From the IMG/VR virus record IMGVR_UViG_3300022181_000007, positions 1 to 25,785 of that record: a stretch of DNA of 25,785 nt, one strand, 5' to 3'. Positions 1 through 8,156 of the stretch are shown here, piece by piece. Source of the DNA: a virus (taxonomy: Duplodnaviria; Caudoviricetes). A program made the position numbers and the translations under genes. Positions within the stretch are counted from its first letter, which is position 1. Each line of letters begins with the position of its first letter. Below the pieces are notes generated by a model. The model searched no databases. It was given only the letters and a program-made list of their open reading frames with translations, and had not been told where the DNA came from.

Positions 1-126
1 GGAACTCGAGTATATCGAGCTCGGGAAAATATCACGCAAGGAGGAACTGGCCACTCGCTCAGCCTGAGTGAAAAGGGGACATTTTAATCGAGCTAAGAAT
101 GGGGACATTTTAATTGAGTCTTGACA
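1..126 (+). mobile_element. Right end of an insertion sequence (ISNCY/IS1202- or IS481-like)
   Basis: An ORF tail ELEYIELGKISRKEELATRSA* ends at 67. It is followed by two direct repeats GGGGACATTTTAATyGAG (75-92, 101-118) and a terminus ...TTGACA (reverse complement TGTCAA). TGT ends with reiterated subterminal repeats are typical of these families. Confidence 0.6.
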
Positions 127-142
127 CGATTATCGTGTCCTA

Positions 143-171
143 TTGACACAAAAGAAGGCTGCCGGTATATT
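143..171 (+). promoter_or_regulatory. Sigma70-type promoter of tRNA-Asp
   Basis: TTGACA (143-148), 17-nt spacer, TATATT (166-171), just upstream of the tRNA. Confidence 0.75.
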
Positions 172-193
172 AGCTTCTCGTCAACGATGACAC

Positions 194-267
194 GGGGGCG
201 TAGCGAAGCTGGTTATCGCGCTGGCCTGTCAAGCCGGAGATCGCGGGTTCAAGCCCCGTCGCTCCCG
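194..267 (+). tRNA. tRNA-Asp(GTC)
   Basis: Acceptor stem GGGGGCG/CGCTCCC, anticodon arm CTGGC-CT-GTC-AA-GCCGG, T-loop GTTCAAG, discriminator G. CCA is not encoded. Confidence 0.97.
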
Positions 268-332
268 ATCCAGCCCGCAGGGCATGTGCGCAGGCGCGTA
301 TCTGTGGGGTTCCGCTTACGAGCGGATCAAAA

Positions 333-361
333 CCCGTCCGCCGCGCGACGGGCTTTTTTTT
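333..361 (+). terminator. Intrinsic terminator after tRNA-Asp
   Basis: CCCGTC...GACGGG stem followed by a T8 run. Confidence 0.8.
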
Positions 362-502
362 AGTGCAAGAGCGTGGATGGCATTTATGCTGTTTTATAGC
401 AGGGACTGTCGGGCCGCTTAGACTGCTGGACTGCTAGTGCGCGGTGCTGATGTTTTTGCACGGGCGAATTTCGCGATTCGCCGTGTCGCTGTCGATCCAT
501 TT

Positions 503-575
503 CGGGCTGTAGCGCAGGGGCTAGCGCGCTTGGTTCGGGACCAAGATGTCGGAGGTTCAAATCCTCTCAGCCCGA
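503..575 (+). tRNA. tRNA-Pro(CGG), probable prophage attachment site
   Basis: Acceptor stem CGGGCTG/CAGCCCG, anticodon arm CTTGG-TT-CGG-GA-CCAAG, T-loop GTTCAAAT. It lies directly beside the integrase. Confidence 0.97.
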
Positions 576-611
576 GAAAATAAAGCCGTTCATTCGAGCG
601 GCTTTATTTTC
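576..611 (+). terminator. Terminator hairpin after tRNA-Pro
   Basis: Inverted repeat GAAAATAAAGCCG...CGGCTTTATTTTC. Confidence 0.75.
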
Positions 612-704
612 TTATATAGCAATGATATATAATACATTCAAACTCCAATCGCATAACTTATTCAAAGCCTTGAAAATTGACGAAATCCGCTTGCAAAACA
701 CAAA

Positions 705-726
705 AACTGTGCATAAACTGTGCATA
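705..726. repeat. Tandem 11-bp direct repeat, probable integrase arm-type binding sites
   Basis: AACTGTGCATA occurs twice, about 130 bp from the tRNA 3' end. Confidence 0.55.
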
Positions 727-744
727 AGAGGTTGGAAATATTTT

Positions 745-2034
745 ATGGGAAAAAAATACCATTTATTCCGCCGGAAACTCGTCAACTCGAGGGGCAAGGA
801 ATACTCTGTCTGGTATTACTGGTATAAGGAAAACGGCAAGCAGATCCGCAAACCGTGCGGCCGCGGCTGCCGGCTCAAGCGCGATGCGGAAGAATTCATT
901 GCAAAGCTCGAAGCCCAGGAATCTTCTCCACCAACCCCTGTCTTGAAAAGCAAGAATAGCAACCTCGCCGCGGCGACCTATCGAACCTTCCAGGATCTCG
1001 CAGCTGAAATGTTCTTGGCCGATTCGTTGCATCTCAAGCGGCAGACACTCGCTGATGGCATTGCAATCAAGGAGACAACACGGCTTGGCCATCGAGGGCG
1101 TCTGGAAAATTATCTTGTTCCAAAATTTGGCCGATTTGCTTTTGATCGTTTCGAAGACGAAGGCTTTATCTATGATTTCCAGGATTGGCTTGTTAGCCTG
1201 CGAAAAGCCGGGAAGGATGAGCCCATATCAAACAGCCTGCGAAACAACATAATCGAAACCATGTCGATTTGCCTGCGCGAAGCAAAACGCAAACGGCTCA
1301 TCAAGACTGTTCCCGATATGGGAACAATAAGATTCGTCCGGCATTCGCGGCGACAGAACACCCTTTCGCTCGAGGAAATTTACAGGCTTTTCCCTGAGGA
1401 TCCCGCCTCGCTCGATGCTGTCTGGCGCCGCAAAGATACTCGAGATTATCCGGGTACTGGAATCCTCTTCGGTGCCATGTTTTGCCTTGGGCTCTCGGCT
1501 GGGCTTCGATCTGGAGAGCTGAGAGCGGTGAGCCGCGATCAATTTGTGATCCATAGACTACAGGATGGAACATATCTTTATGGCCTTATCGTGGACCGAG
1601 CCTATGATTCGACCGGGAAGATCAGCAGCGCGCTGAAAAAGGGCAACGAAGAGAACATGCGGCATCGGGCAGTCATTCTCTCGGATAAGACGATGCGAAT
1701 TGTGAATTTGTATCTTGATGCATGCCCAGTCGTTGAAGGTCCGGTTTTTCTCTATCATGGGCATCCTGTGAGCAAGGATCTTCTGAACGCCAGATGGAAA
1801 GTCGGACTTGTCAATGCCAAGATTGACATGTCGGACAATCGCCGTATGACGGTTCACGCGTTGCGCTATACCTATAATACAAGGATGAAAGCCCTGGTTT
1901 CTGAACAGACACTGCATGAGTTTATCGGCCACAATAGCTCGGAAATGACCGATCACTATGACCGGCCTCACATGGAAGAGCGGCTTTTACAGCTTGCTGA
2001 CCAGCGGGGTGCGGTGGAGAGATTTTGGGGATAA
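745..2034 (+). CDS. int: Tyrosine recombinase / phage integrase
   Basis: Catalytic motifs GLRSGEL, HALRYTY (HxxR) and GHNSSEMTDHY, with an N-terminal arm-binding-like region. The ORF is open from 622, but ATG 745 (MGKKY, GAGG upstream) is the likelier start. Confidence 0.95.
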   Translation: MGKKYHLFRRKLVNSRGKEYSVWYYWYKENGKQIRKPCGRGCRLKRDAEEFIAKLEAQESSPPTPVLKSKNSNLAAATYRTFQDLAAEMFLADSLHLKRQTLADGIAIKETTRLGHRGRLENYLVPKFGRFAFDRFEDEGFIYDFQDWLVSLRKAGKDEPISNSLRNNIIETMSICLREAKRKRLIKTVPDMGTIRFVRHSRRQNTLSLEEIYRLFPEDPASLDAVWRRKDTRDYPGTGILFGAMFCLGLSAGLRSGELRAVSRDQFVIHRLQDGTYLYGLIVDRAYDSTGKISSALKKGNEENMRHRAVILSDKTMRIVNLYLDACPVVEGPVFLYHGHPVSKDLLNARWKVGLVNAKIDMSDNRRMTVHALRYTYNTRMKALVSEQTLHEFIGHNSSEMTDHYDRPHMEERLLQLADQRGAVERFWG

Positions 2035-2045
2035 AAATTTTGTGC

Positions 2046-2074
2046 TTGACAACTTGCAATTATATGCTTAGAAT
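2046..2074 (+). promoter_or_regulatory. Near-consensus sigma70 promoter with no + strand ORF downstream
   Basis: TTGACA (2046-2051), 17-nt spacer, TAGAAT (2069-2074). Confidence 0.75.
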
Positions 2075-2080
2075 CATAAT

Positions 2081-2146
2081 TGCTTATCTACCTGGAGTAG
2101 AAGGAGCATCAAGGGCCTTCCTTAGCAGGAAGTGCCCTTTGCTTTT
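2081..2146 (+). ncRNA. Putative small structured RNA convergent on the DUF3800 operon
   Basis: It has its own promoter. The 5' hairpin pairs 2081-85/2104-08 and 2087-91/2097-2101. The 3' hairpin AAGGGC-CTTCCT-tagc-AGGAAG-t-GCCCTT is followed by TGCTTTT. Confidence 0.6.
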
Positions 2147-2619
2147 ATATAATTATTATAATCTTTTATTAGATCATTTCTCAGATTGGGATACTCTATA
2201 GGATAAGCTGTCCATAATATGATATAATTATTGCGACGTTCTAATACAACCAAATAATCCTCATTTTTATACCAAAGTAATATTCTTTTTTTCTTTTTTA
2301 TATTTTTTTCAAAACATAAAATTTCATTATTATTGCTGTTTGCTATTATTGGAGATATCCATCGTATATATTTTATGCGGTTAGGATTAGGATCTTTGAA
2401 ATTGTTATTTTTTTTATCTGTTCCTGATATAATATGCCAAAATGTATTTTCTTTACCATCATTACCAATACCTTGAGCTAACTTGATTGGTGTCGCATGG
2501 AAATAAGGTTTATTATCAATAAAATCTTTTCTGAAAATACGATATGCCTCCATTATTAAACGATTTGGGTCATAATCAACATCTTCTAATGTCAATAATG
2601 GTGGAAGAAAATTAAGCAT
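2122..2619 (-). CDS. Hypothetical protein, possible BECR/RelE-like RNase fold; partner of the DUF3800 protein
   Basis: AT-rich. Contains FWHIIS, R..YIRWI.PII and a C-terminal YLVVLERR..YIILWTAY beta-meander. ATG 2619 overlaps the upstream stop codon (ORF track starts at 2631). Confidence 0.55.
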   Translation of the reverse strand: MLNFLPPLLTLEDVDYDPNRLIMEAYRIFRKDFIDNKPYFHATPIKLAQGIGNDGKENTFWHIISGTDKKNNNFKDPNPNRIKYIRWISPIIANSNNNEILCFEKNIKKKKRILLWYKNEDYLVVLERRNNYIILWTAYPIEYPNLRNDLIKDYNNYIKAKGTSC

Positions 2620-3343
2620 TATGATCCTCATTCTCAGGATCCCAAATAAAAATATTAAATTTACTTTCTCTATATAGAGTTGATCGCGTTAAAGAATATC
2701 CTGAGCGCTGTTTGATCCTTTCAATTATTTTATTCTTACCAGCATTTGTATTTAAATCTCTTGCATTATATGACAATGCCCCAACAATAATATCTGTTAA
2801 CTGTATTAATTCAACATGGTGTGATTTTACTAATTGAATTGATTCTATTATTGAATGATTGAAATCATACATATTATTGCAGAGTACATCATGTAGCTTT
2901 GTTATTCTTTCTGCTCCTTGTATATCTTTATAATCTAAAAAAATATTATATTTATAATTTGGATCAATGATTGGCGTCAGCAATCTAAAAAACATTTTAT
3001 AATACCATTCATCATGTGTTTGATTGAACTTTTGATGATTTAATATACTTTTATCTGGAATAATTAATCCACGAAAATGCAGATCATCATCATCAAAAAA
3101 ATAATCAATTATATCTAAATAGGGCTGGTAATGATTAGATGATATTTTGCTCCATTTTATTTCACTTTCATGGCGTAACCCATATTTACCTTTAAATTCT
3201 ATCAATCTTCTCGTAATTTCTTTTATTTTTTTCTTCTCACACCAAATCGCACCTAGAGTCATTGCTTTTTGATGATCATGTTCTAGATGGCAACTCTCAT
3301 CACAATAGATATTAATGTAATCATCCATATACAAAATTCTCAT
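2612..3343 (-). CDS. DUF3800 family protein (RNase H-like fold)
   Basis: N-terminal IYCDESCHL, an EIKWSK motif, a central IFLDYK and a C-terminal S...ELIQLTDIIVGA. Confidence 0.85.
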   Translation of the reverse strand: MRILYMDDYINIYCDESCHLEHDHQKAMTLGAIWCEKKKIKEITRRLIEFKGKYGLRHESEIKWSKISSNHYQPYLDIIDYFFDDDDLHFRGLIIPDKSILNHQKFNQTHDEWYYKMFFRLLTPIIDPNYKYNIFLDYKDIQGAERITKLHDVLCNNMYDFNHSIIESIQLVKSHHVELIQLTDIIVGALSYNARDLNTNAGKNKIIERIKQRSGYSLTRSTLYRESKFNIFIWDPENEDHNA

Positions 3344-3366
3344 TGATGGAATAATAGCATACTTAT

Positions 3367-3558
3367 TTATGCTTTTCCTGATTTATTTTTCGTTCCATCT
3401 ACCAGGTTGTACGTCGATCCAGGCTTATCGGTCGGCGGCAATGGCTCGCCTTTTACTGCCGTTACCTCTTTACCTTTTCCGCCTTTCGGCCCAACAGTTT
3501 GATATTGGCCAGATGCCGGCGCTTTCTGGCCAGGCTTTAACCCGCTTGTCTTTCCCAT
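3367..3558 (-). CDS. YjzC-like small protein
   Basis: Pattern KPGQKAPASGQY...GPKGG...EVT..KGEPLPPT, with a strong RBS AAGGAGG. Confidence 0.8.
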   Translation of the reverse strand: MGKTSGLKPGQKAPASGQYQTVGPKGGKGKEVTAVKGEPLPPTDKPGSTYNLVDGTKNKSGKA

Positions 3559-3584
3559 ACCTGCCTCCTTGTATTCTTCACATG

Positions 3585-4334
3585 CTAGATAATTTGCACC
3601 TTTACCTCTGCCCTATCCAACATTCGTTTCAAAATTTCCCCCGCGATCATGGCATCATAGAGAGCGCCATGCGCGTCATCTTCATTAAATGGCACCCCAT
3701 AGAACCGTGCAGTTTCCTCGAGCGATGGCCATTTCCAATCATTTTTGCTATCCATCCATTCAACACAGACAACATCTGCATTCGATTTCATGGTATCTAG
3801 TTTGCGGCGGTTTTTCAAAAATGGGACAAAGCCGACATCGAAGGAAACATTATGCCCCGCTATCAGACGAACACCTTCGCAAAACTCTTTGAATGCTAGA
3901 TAATCATCAAGGAAGTGTTCTGGATAGGTTGCATCGCCGCGGAGCTCAGCAATCTTTTCTTTGGTCAATCCATTCACCATGATCGCTCTTTCATTGAATG
4001 GTTCTTTTGGATAGTAGTAGCGTTCAAACCTGGCTTTCTCTTTCAGTTTTTCATAAGGATCCCAGGAATATCTGATTGCACCAATAGAAAGTAGACTTGA
4101 TTCATCTGGATAAAATCCGTTCGTTTCAGTATCAAAGACAATCACATCAGTTAATTCAATGCCTTCGAGCCATTCTTTGATTTCTCGTACAACCATATCC
4201 CGGTGAGGATGCACCTTTTGTGGTGGCATAGCCCGTGGATATATCGGCTCTCGTATGTCTTTTCGTGCCGGTTTTTTGGATCTTATAATCAAATAGATGA
4301 TCAAGCCTACGATTAGCAATGTAAAAATTATCAT
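3585..4334 (-). CDS. DEDDh 3'-5' exonuclease (DnaQ-like) with an N-terminal membrane anchor
   Basis: ExoI FDTETNG, ExoII GHNVSFD and ExoIII HGALYDA. The N-terminus MIIFTLLIVGLIIYLII is hydrophobic and followed by basic residues. Confidence 0.9.
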   Translation of the reverse strand: MIIFTLLIVGLIIYLIIRSKKPARKDIREPIYPRAMPPQKVHPHRDMVVREIKEWLEGIELTDVIVFDTETNGFYPDESSLLSIGAIRYSWDPYEKLKEKARFERYYYPKEPFNERAIMVNGLTKEKIAELRGDATYPEHFLDDYLAFKEFCEGVRLIAGHNVSFDVGFVPFLKNRRKLDTMKSNADVVCVEWMDSKNDWKWPSLEETARFYGVPFNEDDAHGALYDAMIAGEILKRMLDRAEVKVQII

Positions 4335-4355
4335 AGTGTCCCTAGCCTTTTTCTT

Positions 4356-4901
4356 TTATTGAATCCAGAAAAAGTCGGATCCAAGATTGTTGCTAATAAA
4401 TTCCTTTGAGGGGAAGGTTACAGAAAATGAATAATTGGCATATGGGCGGTCCTTTTCATAAATATATATTTTAATAGGAGCATTACCGCTGAACATTGTA
4501 TCGAAGTCAATGGATGAATCAAAAATGCTAGAAATTTCCAATCGGCCGCTATATTTATCTATTTTTGTTGTTTTTTCTATAATGTGACCATTTGGAAATT
4601 TCATTTTAATAACATAATCAGTATAATCACTGCCGGTAACTCGGTTTGAGCCATATTCATACAGCGCAAAGCTGATTTCGCTATCAGCAATGATTACTCC
4701 GACTTTCAATATTGAATCTTTTGTAGCAGAATTTGAAAATTTACCAGTCACTATTGTAAATAGATATTTATGCTCAGTTGGATCGCCAAAATCGTCAACA
4801 AAATAATTTACAATGTAATTTGAATCTGATTGGGCGATTGCATTTAATGTAAGCAATAAAAAGAAAAATAGTGAAAATATGCATATTTTTCTATTTATCA
4901 T
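4356..4901 (-). CDS. Secreted/periplasmic hypothetical protein
   Basis: Signal peptide ending AIA-Q, RBS AAGGAGG, AT-rich. Confidence 0.75.
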   Translation of the reverse strand: MINRKICIFSLFFFLLLTLNAIAQSDSNYIVNYFVDDFGDPTEHKYLFTIVTGKFSNSATKDSILKVGVIIADSEISFALYEYGSNRVTGSDYTDYVIKMKFPNGHIIEKTTKIDKYSGRLEISSIFDSSIDFDTMFSGNAPIKIYIYEKDRPYANYSFSVTFPSKEFISNNLGSDFFWIQ

Positions 4902-4992
4902 TCTATTGCCTCCTTGCTAAATTTTGCAATAATTCTAAAAGGCAGGATGTTTTCGCATGTCTTGCCCCTATGCGGACCTGCCCGCTGTGTGC

Positions 4993-5385
4993 TTATTGAT
5001 TCTCCGCATGGGGCGCTGTGCCCATTTCTTCTGAAGTATTTTTAACCTCCTTCGCCGCGGCGCGGATTGCAATGCAGAAACCATTTGCCACAGCAGGCGA
5101 TAAGATTTCGAGATCCTCTATGACAGGCCGCCACTTTAGCGCCTGTCGATAAAAGACGATCTCTCCAGCAGGCAAAAATTCTGGTTCCTCACCGGTTACT
5201 AAAAATTCCACTGTTGTGTTTAGTGCCGAAGCTATTCTTACAGCTTTTTCAGCATTTGGCAAAATCTTTCGAGAAGACCATCTTCGAAAAGAATCTGGCC
5301 TAATGTTTATTTGCCTCGCCACCCATTCCATAGTGGTATTTTCAGCTTGAATTTTAATTTTAACTCTTTCCCAAAACTCTGTCAT
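4993..5385 (-). CDS. XRE-family HTH repressor (cI-like)
   Basis: HTH pattern WVARQINIRPDSFRRW...P.AEKAVRIASALNTTVEFLVTG, divergent from the early operon. No peptidase domain. Confidence 0.85.
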   Translation of the reverse strand: MTEFWERVKIKIQAENTTMEWVARQINIRPDSFRRWSSRKILPNAEKAVRIASALNTTVEFLVTGEEPEFLPAGEIVFYRQALKWRPVIEDLEILSPAVANGFCIAIRAAAKEVKNTSEEMGTAPHAENQ

Positions 5386-5406
5386 ATATAAATTATCGTC
5401 AATTTA

Positions 5407-5486
5407 TGGCAATTTTGCCACTTTTTGCTATTGACAATGTGGCAAAGATGCCTTATATATGAGGTATGAGCGTGGCAAAATCGCAA
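5407..5486. promoter_or_regulatory. Lysis/lysogeny switch: three 14-bp operators and a rightward promoter
   Basis: TGGCAATTTTGCCA (5407), TGGCAAAGATGCCT (5440) and TGGCAAAATCGCAA (5473). Promoter TTGACA (5431-5436), 17-nt spacer, TATATA. Confidence 0.75.
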
Positions 5487-5645
5487 CAATACATTCAAAT
5501 GAGTTTAAGGGTTCGCTTATCGGCGGAAGAAATGGCTCAATTTCGCAGATTTTTAAGTGAATCTGGTAGAAAAGCGGGCCCTTGGATACGAACAGTGATT
5601 ATTAATGCAATCGAAGAGAAAGAAAAAGGGAATAATGAGTCATGA
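5466..5645 (+). CDS. Cro-position small regulator, ribbon-helix-helix-like (59 aa, not in the ORF track)
   Basis: MSVAKSQQYIQMSLRVRLSAEEMAQFRRFLSESGRKAGPWIRTVIINAIEEKEKGNNES*, with an ATGA overlap into the next gene. Confidence 0.75.
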   Translation: MSVAKSQQYIQMSLRVRLSAEEMAQFRRFLSESGRKAGPWIRTVIINAIEEKEKGNNES

Positions 5646-5926
5646 CTAAGATGCAATGGCGCTATCATTCTTGTCTGCAGTGGCTGCGAAGGAATCGCTG
5701 GGCTATATCAGAAATTTTTATAGTATCGATTCTGGCAATATTTTTAGGAATAGTAACTACATGCCATGCCAGGAAGATCGAAGCTTCGTTCGAAGGATAT
5801 CAGTTTAAAGGTATTTACGCCAGTAAAAATGGTTTTGAAGTTTTGTACCAAAAAGATGACCAGATCTTTTCGGCAATATTCCCTGATAAAAGCCATGCTG
5901 AGTGTTTTGCAGAGGCTATCAAATGA
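5642..5926 (+). CDS. Hypothetical membrane protein
   Basis: One hydrophobic segment; coupled by ATGA overlaps at both ends. Confidence 0.7.
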   Translation: MTKMQWRYHSCLQWLRRNRWAISEIFIVSILAIFLGIVTTCHARKIEASFEGYQFKGIYASKNGFEVLYQKDDQIFSAIFPDKSHAECFAEAIK

Positions 5927-6393
5927 TTCGGTTATTCATTCCAGGTGAACCTCGCGGCGAGCCGCGAACGAGAGCTACGCGAACCATGAGCGGCAAAGTG
6001 CTTGTTTATCACGACGCATCAGCTGATCGATGGAAACAGCAGGTCCAGCTTGCCTTTGCACTCAAGAGAACTGCAATGCTCACCGGTCCAGTCGCTGTAT
6101 CAATGGAATTCATTTCCAAGCCAAAAGACCCGCATGGCTACTATAGCACTAAGAAACCAGACGCCGACAATCTTGCGAAAGCGGCGCTGGATGCCCTCAC
6201 GAAGGCTCGAGCCTGGAAAGATGATGCACAAGTAGCTTGCCTTATTGTCACCAAGCGCTTTGCACAGCCCAAAACGGGTGAGCAGGCTGGAGCATTCATC
6301 GAAATTGAAGAATTGCCTCAAACCATGGATCCGGCATTTCCAGCCTCCTTGGCCGGATCCATGGGGAGAGGTTTTTTGAGGGTATGCCAATGA
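5923..6393 (+). CDS. rusA: RusA-family Holliday junction resolvase
   Basis: KPDADNLAKAALDAL...WKDDAQV motif and N-terminal IPGEP...PR. The start is placed at ATG 5923. Confidence 0.9.
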   Translation: MIRLFIPGEPRGEPRTRATRTMSGKVLVYHDASADRWKQQVQLAFALKRTAMLTGPVAVSMEFISKPKDPHGYYSTKKPDADNLAKAALDALTKARAWKDDAQVACLIVTKRFAQPKTGEQAGAFIEIEELPQTMDPAFPASLAGSMGRGFLRVCQ

Positions 6394-6617
6394 TCACTGA
6401 AGTAGTCGAATATTGGGTAGATGGCCGAAAAGTCACGACTCTCGATGCGCTTCTTCGCATTGTTGGTGCAAAATCAAATAAGGAAATTGACGATGTCCGT
6501 GCCTGTCTCGCACAAAGCAAACCATATAAAGTGCATCGTATCAAACAAGTATATGGTATTCCTGCAATAAGAACTGGCGCTCTCTTGCATGATCCTTGTA
6601 TTCACAGGCTCGGTTAG
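6384..6617 (+). CDS. Hypothetical phage protein
   Basis: Operon position and a GAGG RBS. Confidence 0.65.
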   Translation: MPMITEVVEYWVDGRKVTTLDALLRIVGAKSNKEIDDVRACLAQSKPYKVHRIKQVYGIPAIRTGALLHDPCIHRLG

Positions 6618-6629
6618 GAGGTAAGCGTT

Positions 6630-7037
6630 ATGGCAAATGGAAAGAACGAATACAAATCTGATAATGAGTCTGTGAAATTCGATAGAAGGAGCTTTGCCTC
6701 ATTCAAAATCTTCATAGAGAAGCTCTCAGGCGCGGCAATTAATCCAAAACACCATGCCGCCATGGCTATTTTACCAAAAGGCTGGAGAAACATACTTGCA
6801 TTCAGTCTATGGAAAAATCGCGAAGAATTTGAAGCCAATCTCGATGAGGCAGCAGCTCGGCTTGGAGCAAAAATACTTAACGATTGGTGGGCTTCTGCAG
6901 ATGGGATACTCATTTCTGTTTTTGTTCCAAGCTCAGCGTTTACTTTCGCCCAGAGTATAAAAGATTTTCATATGCTTGATGAACCTGCGGTGGATAAAGC
7001 TTCGCAAAAGCAGATTTTGAAGGGCACCAGAAAGTGA
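6630..7037 (+). CDS. Hypothetical phage protein
   Basis: Strong RBS AGGAGGT and operon position. Confidence 0.7.
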   Translation: MANGKNEYKSDNESVKFDRRSFASFKIFIEKLSGAAINPKHHAAMAILPKGWRNILAFSLWKNREEFEANLDEAAARLGAKILNDWWASADGILISVFVPSSAFTFAQSIKDFHMLDEPAVDKASQKQILKGTRK

Positions 7038-7249
7038 AATTGTTTGACTCAATCATGTTGTTGAGTTGGTCTAGCGTAAAGCCAACTTCCTGCAGACAAG
7101 CAGAACAAATGAATGTTGCAACAATTCGATCACCTGTGCCTGCCCATTTGTGCATATCCCTCTCCTTGCTCGTGAAAATTGGAGTCGCAATTCAATCGTA
7201 TCTTGCTTGGAGAGGGTTTTCAATTAATTAGAGCTGGTAGGAGGTAATT

Positions 7250-7705
7250 ATGGGATTGCTGGAAAGAATTACAACAAAGCTAAAAGATAGCAATGAGCAA
7301 GCTCACATTCGCGTTGGCCGCGAGTGGATGACAATGGCTGAATACCGGCAGCGCTATCTCAAAAAGCCAGAGACTGAACAGCTTGAATTGTTCCCAAATC
7401 TTCCAACAACTGCCATCAGCAGTTCCATCGATGAGCAATTCCTTCAGTTCCATGAGGCAAACCCACACGTATATCGCAATTTGATACGGCTTGCGAGGGA
7501 AGCAAAATCTCAGGGCTGTAATAAGATCGGCATGAAGTTCCTTTTTGAGCGCTTGCGTTGGGAATATATGGTGAAAACGAAACATTCTGCCAGCGAATAC
7601 GCGATCAACAATAATTTCACTAGCCGCTATGCGCGGATGATTATGGACGATTGTCCAGACTTGCAGGGATTTTTTGAAACGCGGCGGCTGAGGGAAAGGG
7701 TCTAA
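7250..7705 (+). CDS. Phage hypothetical protein, possibly DNA-binding
   Basis: RBS AGGAGGT. The pattern F..FH..NPHVY...ERLRWE...NNNF...YAR...FFETR is one I recall from phage proteins. Confidence 0.75.
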   Translation: MGLLERITTKLKDSNEQAHIRVGREWMTMAEYRQRYLKKPETEQLELFPNLPTTAISSSIDEQFLQFHEANPHVYRNLIRLAREAKSQGCNKIGMKFLFERLRWEYMVKTKHSASEYAINNNFTSRYARMIMDDCPDLQGFFETRRLRERV

Positions 7706-7706
7706 T

Positions 7707-8156
7707 ATGGAATACTTGCCGCTTGATGAGCAGACAAAGATGCCTGGACTTGTGCTGAAGCTACCCCAGCTCGAGGTCATCGAGCAGCTTCTGCATGCAG
7801 CTCTCGATGGACCCGGCCAGCGCTGGTACACCCTCGAGCAGGCGCACTACCGAAAGCATGGATCCTTGCCTGGCGGCGTATCACTGAAAACAATCCGCAA
7901 CACACTCGCCTTACAGCCTCGAGGAGGTATCCCTGATGGTTGGGTTTCAGGACGCAAAGCATGGCGGGCAGAAACTATCGAGGAATGGTGTCAGATCGAT
8001 GACAGCAATCTGGAAGCGTACCTCAAGATGTATGCGCCGCATTTACGCGTGCCAAAGAGAATCCAAGAGGCAAATGCGCGCCATGCAATCGAATATACCG
8101 CGTTTGCAGATAAGGAGACTGAGCATGAGGAAGAGGACCCGGCAGCTCGATCTTGA
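7707..8156 (+). CDS. Excisionase-like winged-HTH protein
   Basis: WYTLEQA...SLKTIRN...GRKAWRAETIEEW resembles an Xis/AlpA-type wHTH. Confidence 0.5.
   Translation: MEYLPLDEQTKMPGLVLKLPQLEVIEQLLHAALDGPGQRWYTLEQAHYRKHGSLPGGVSLKTIRNTLALQPRGGIPDGWVSGRKAWRAETIEEWCQIDDSNLEAYLKMYAPHLRVPKRIQEANARHAIEYTAFADKETEHEEEDPAARS

Noticed and set aside
75-118. Direct repeats as a possible mini CRISPR
   Set aside because: Only 8 nt separate them and they end in a TGTCAA-type terminus, which fits transposase binding sites.
121-363. 80-aa ORF in the track
   Set aside because: It overlaps tRNA-Asp, its promoter and its terminator, so it is spurious.
622-744. N-terminal extension of the integrase
   Set aside because: It covers the att arm-repeat region and has no clear RBS. 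ATG 745 is the better start.
4941-4983. Alternative hairpins downstream of cI (GGCAGG...CCTGCC)
   Set aside because: It is probably an ordinary leaky terminator or processing stem; there is not enough evidence for a riboswitch-like element.
7034-7231. 65-aa ORF in the early operon
   Set aside because: It has a GTGA overlap but no RBS or recognisable motif, so I could not support it as a gene.
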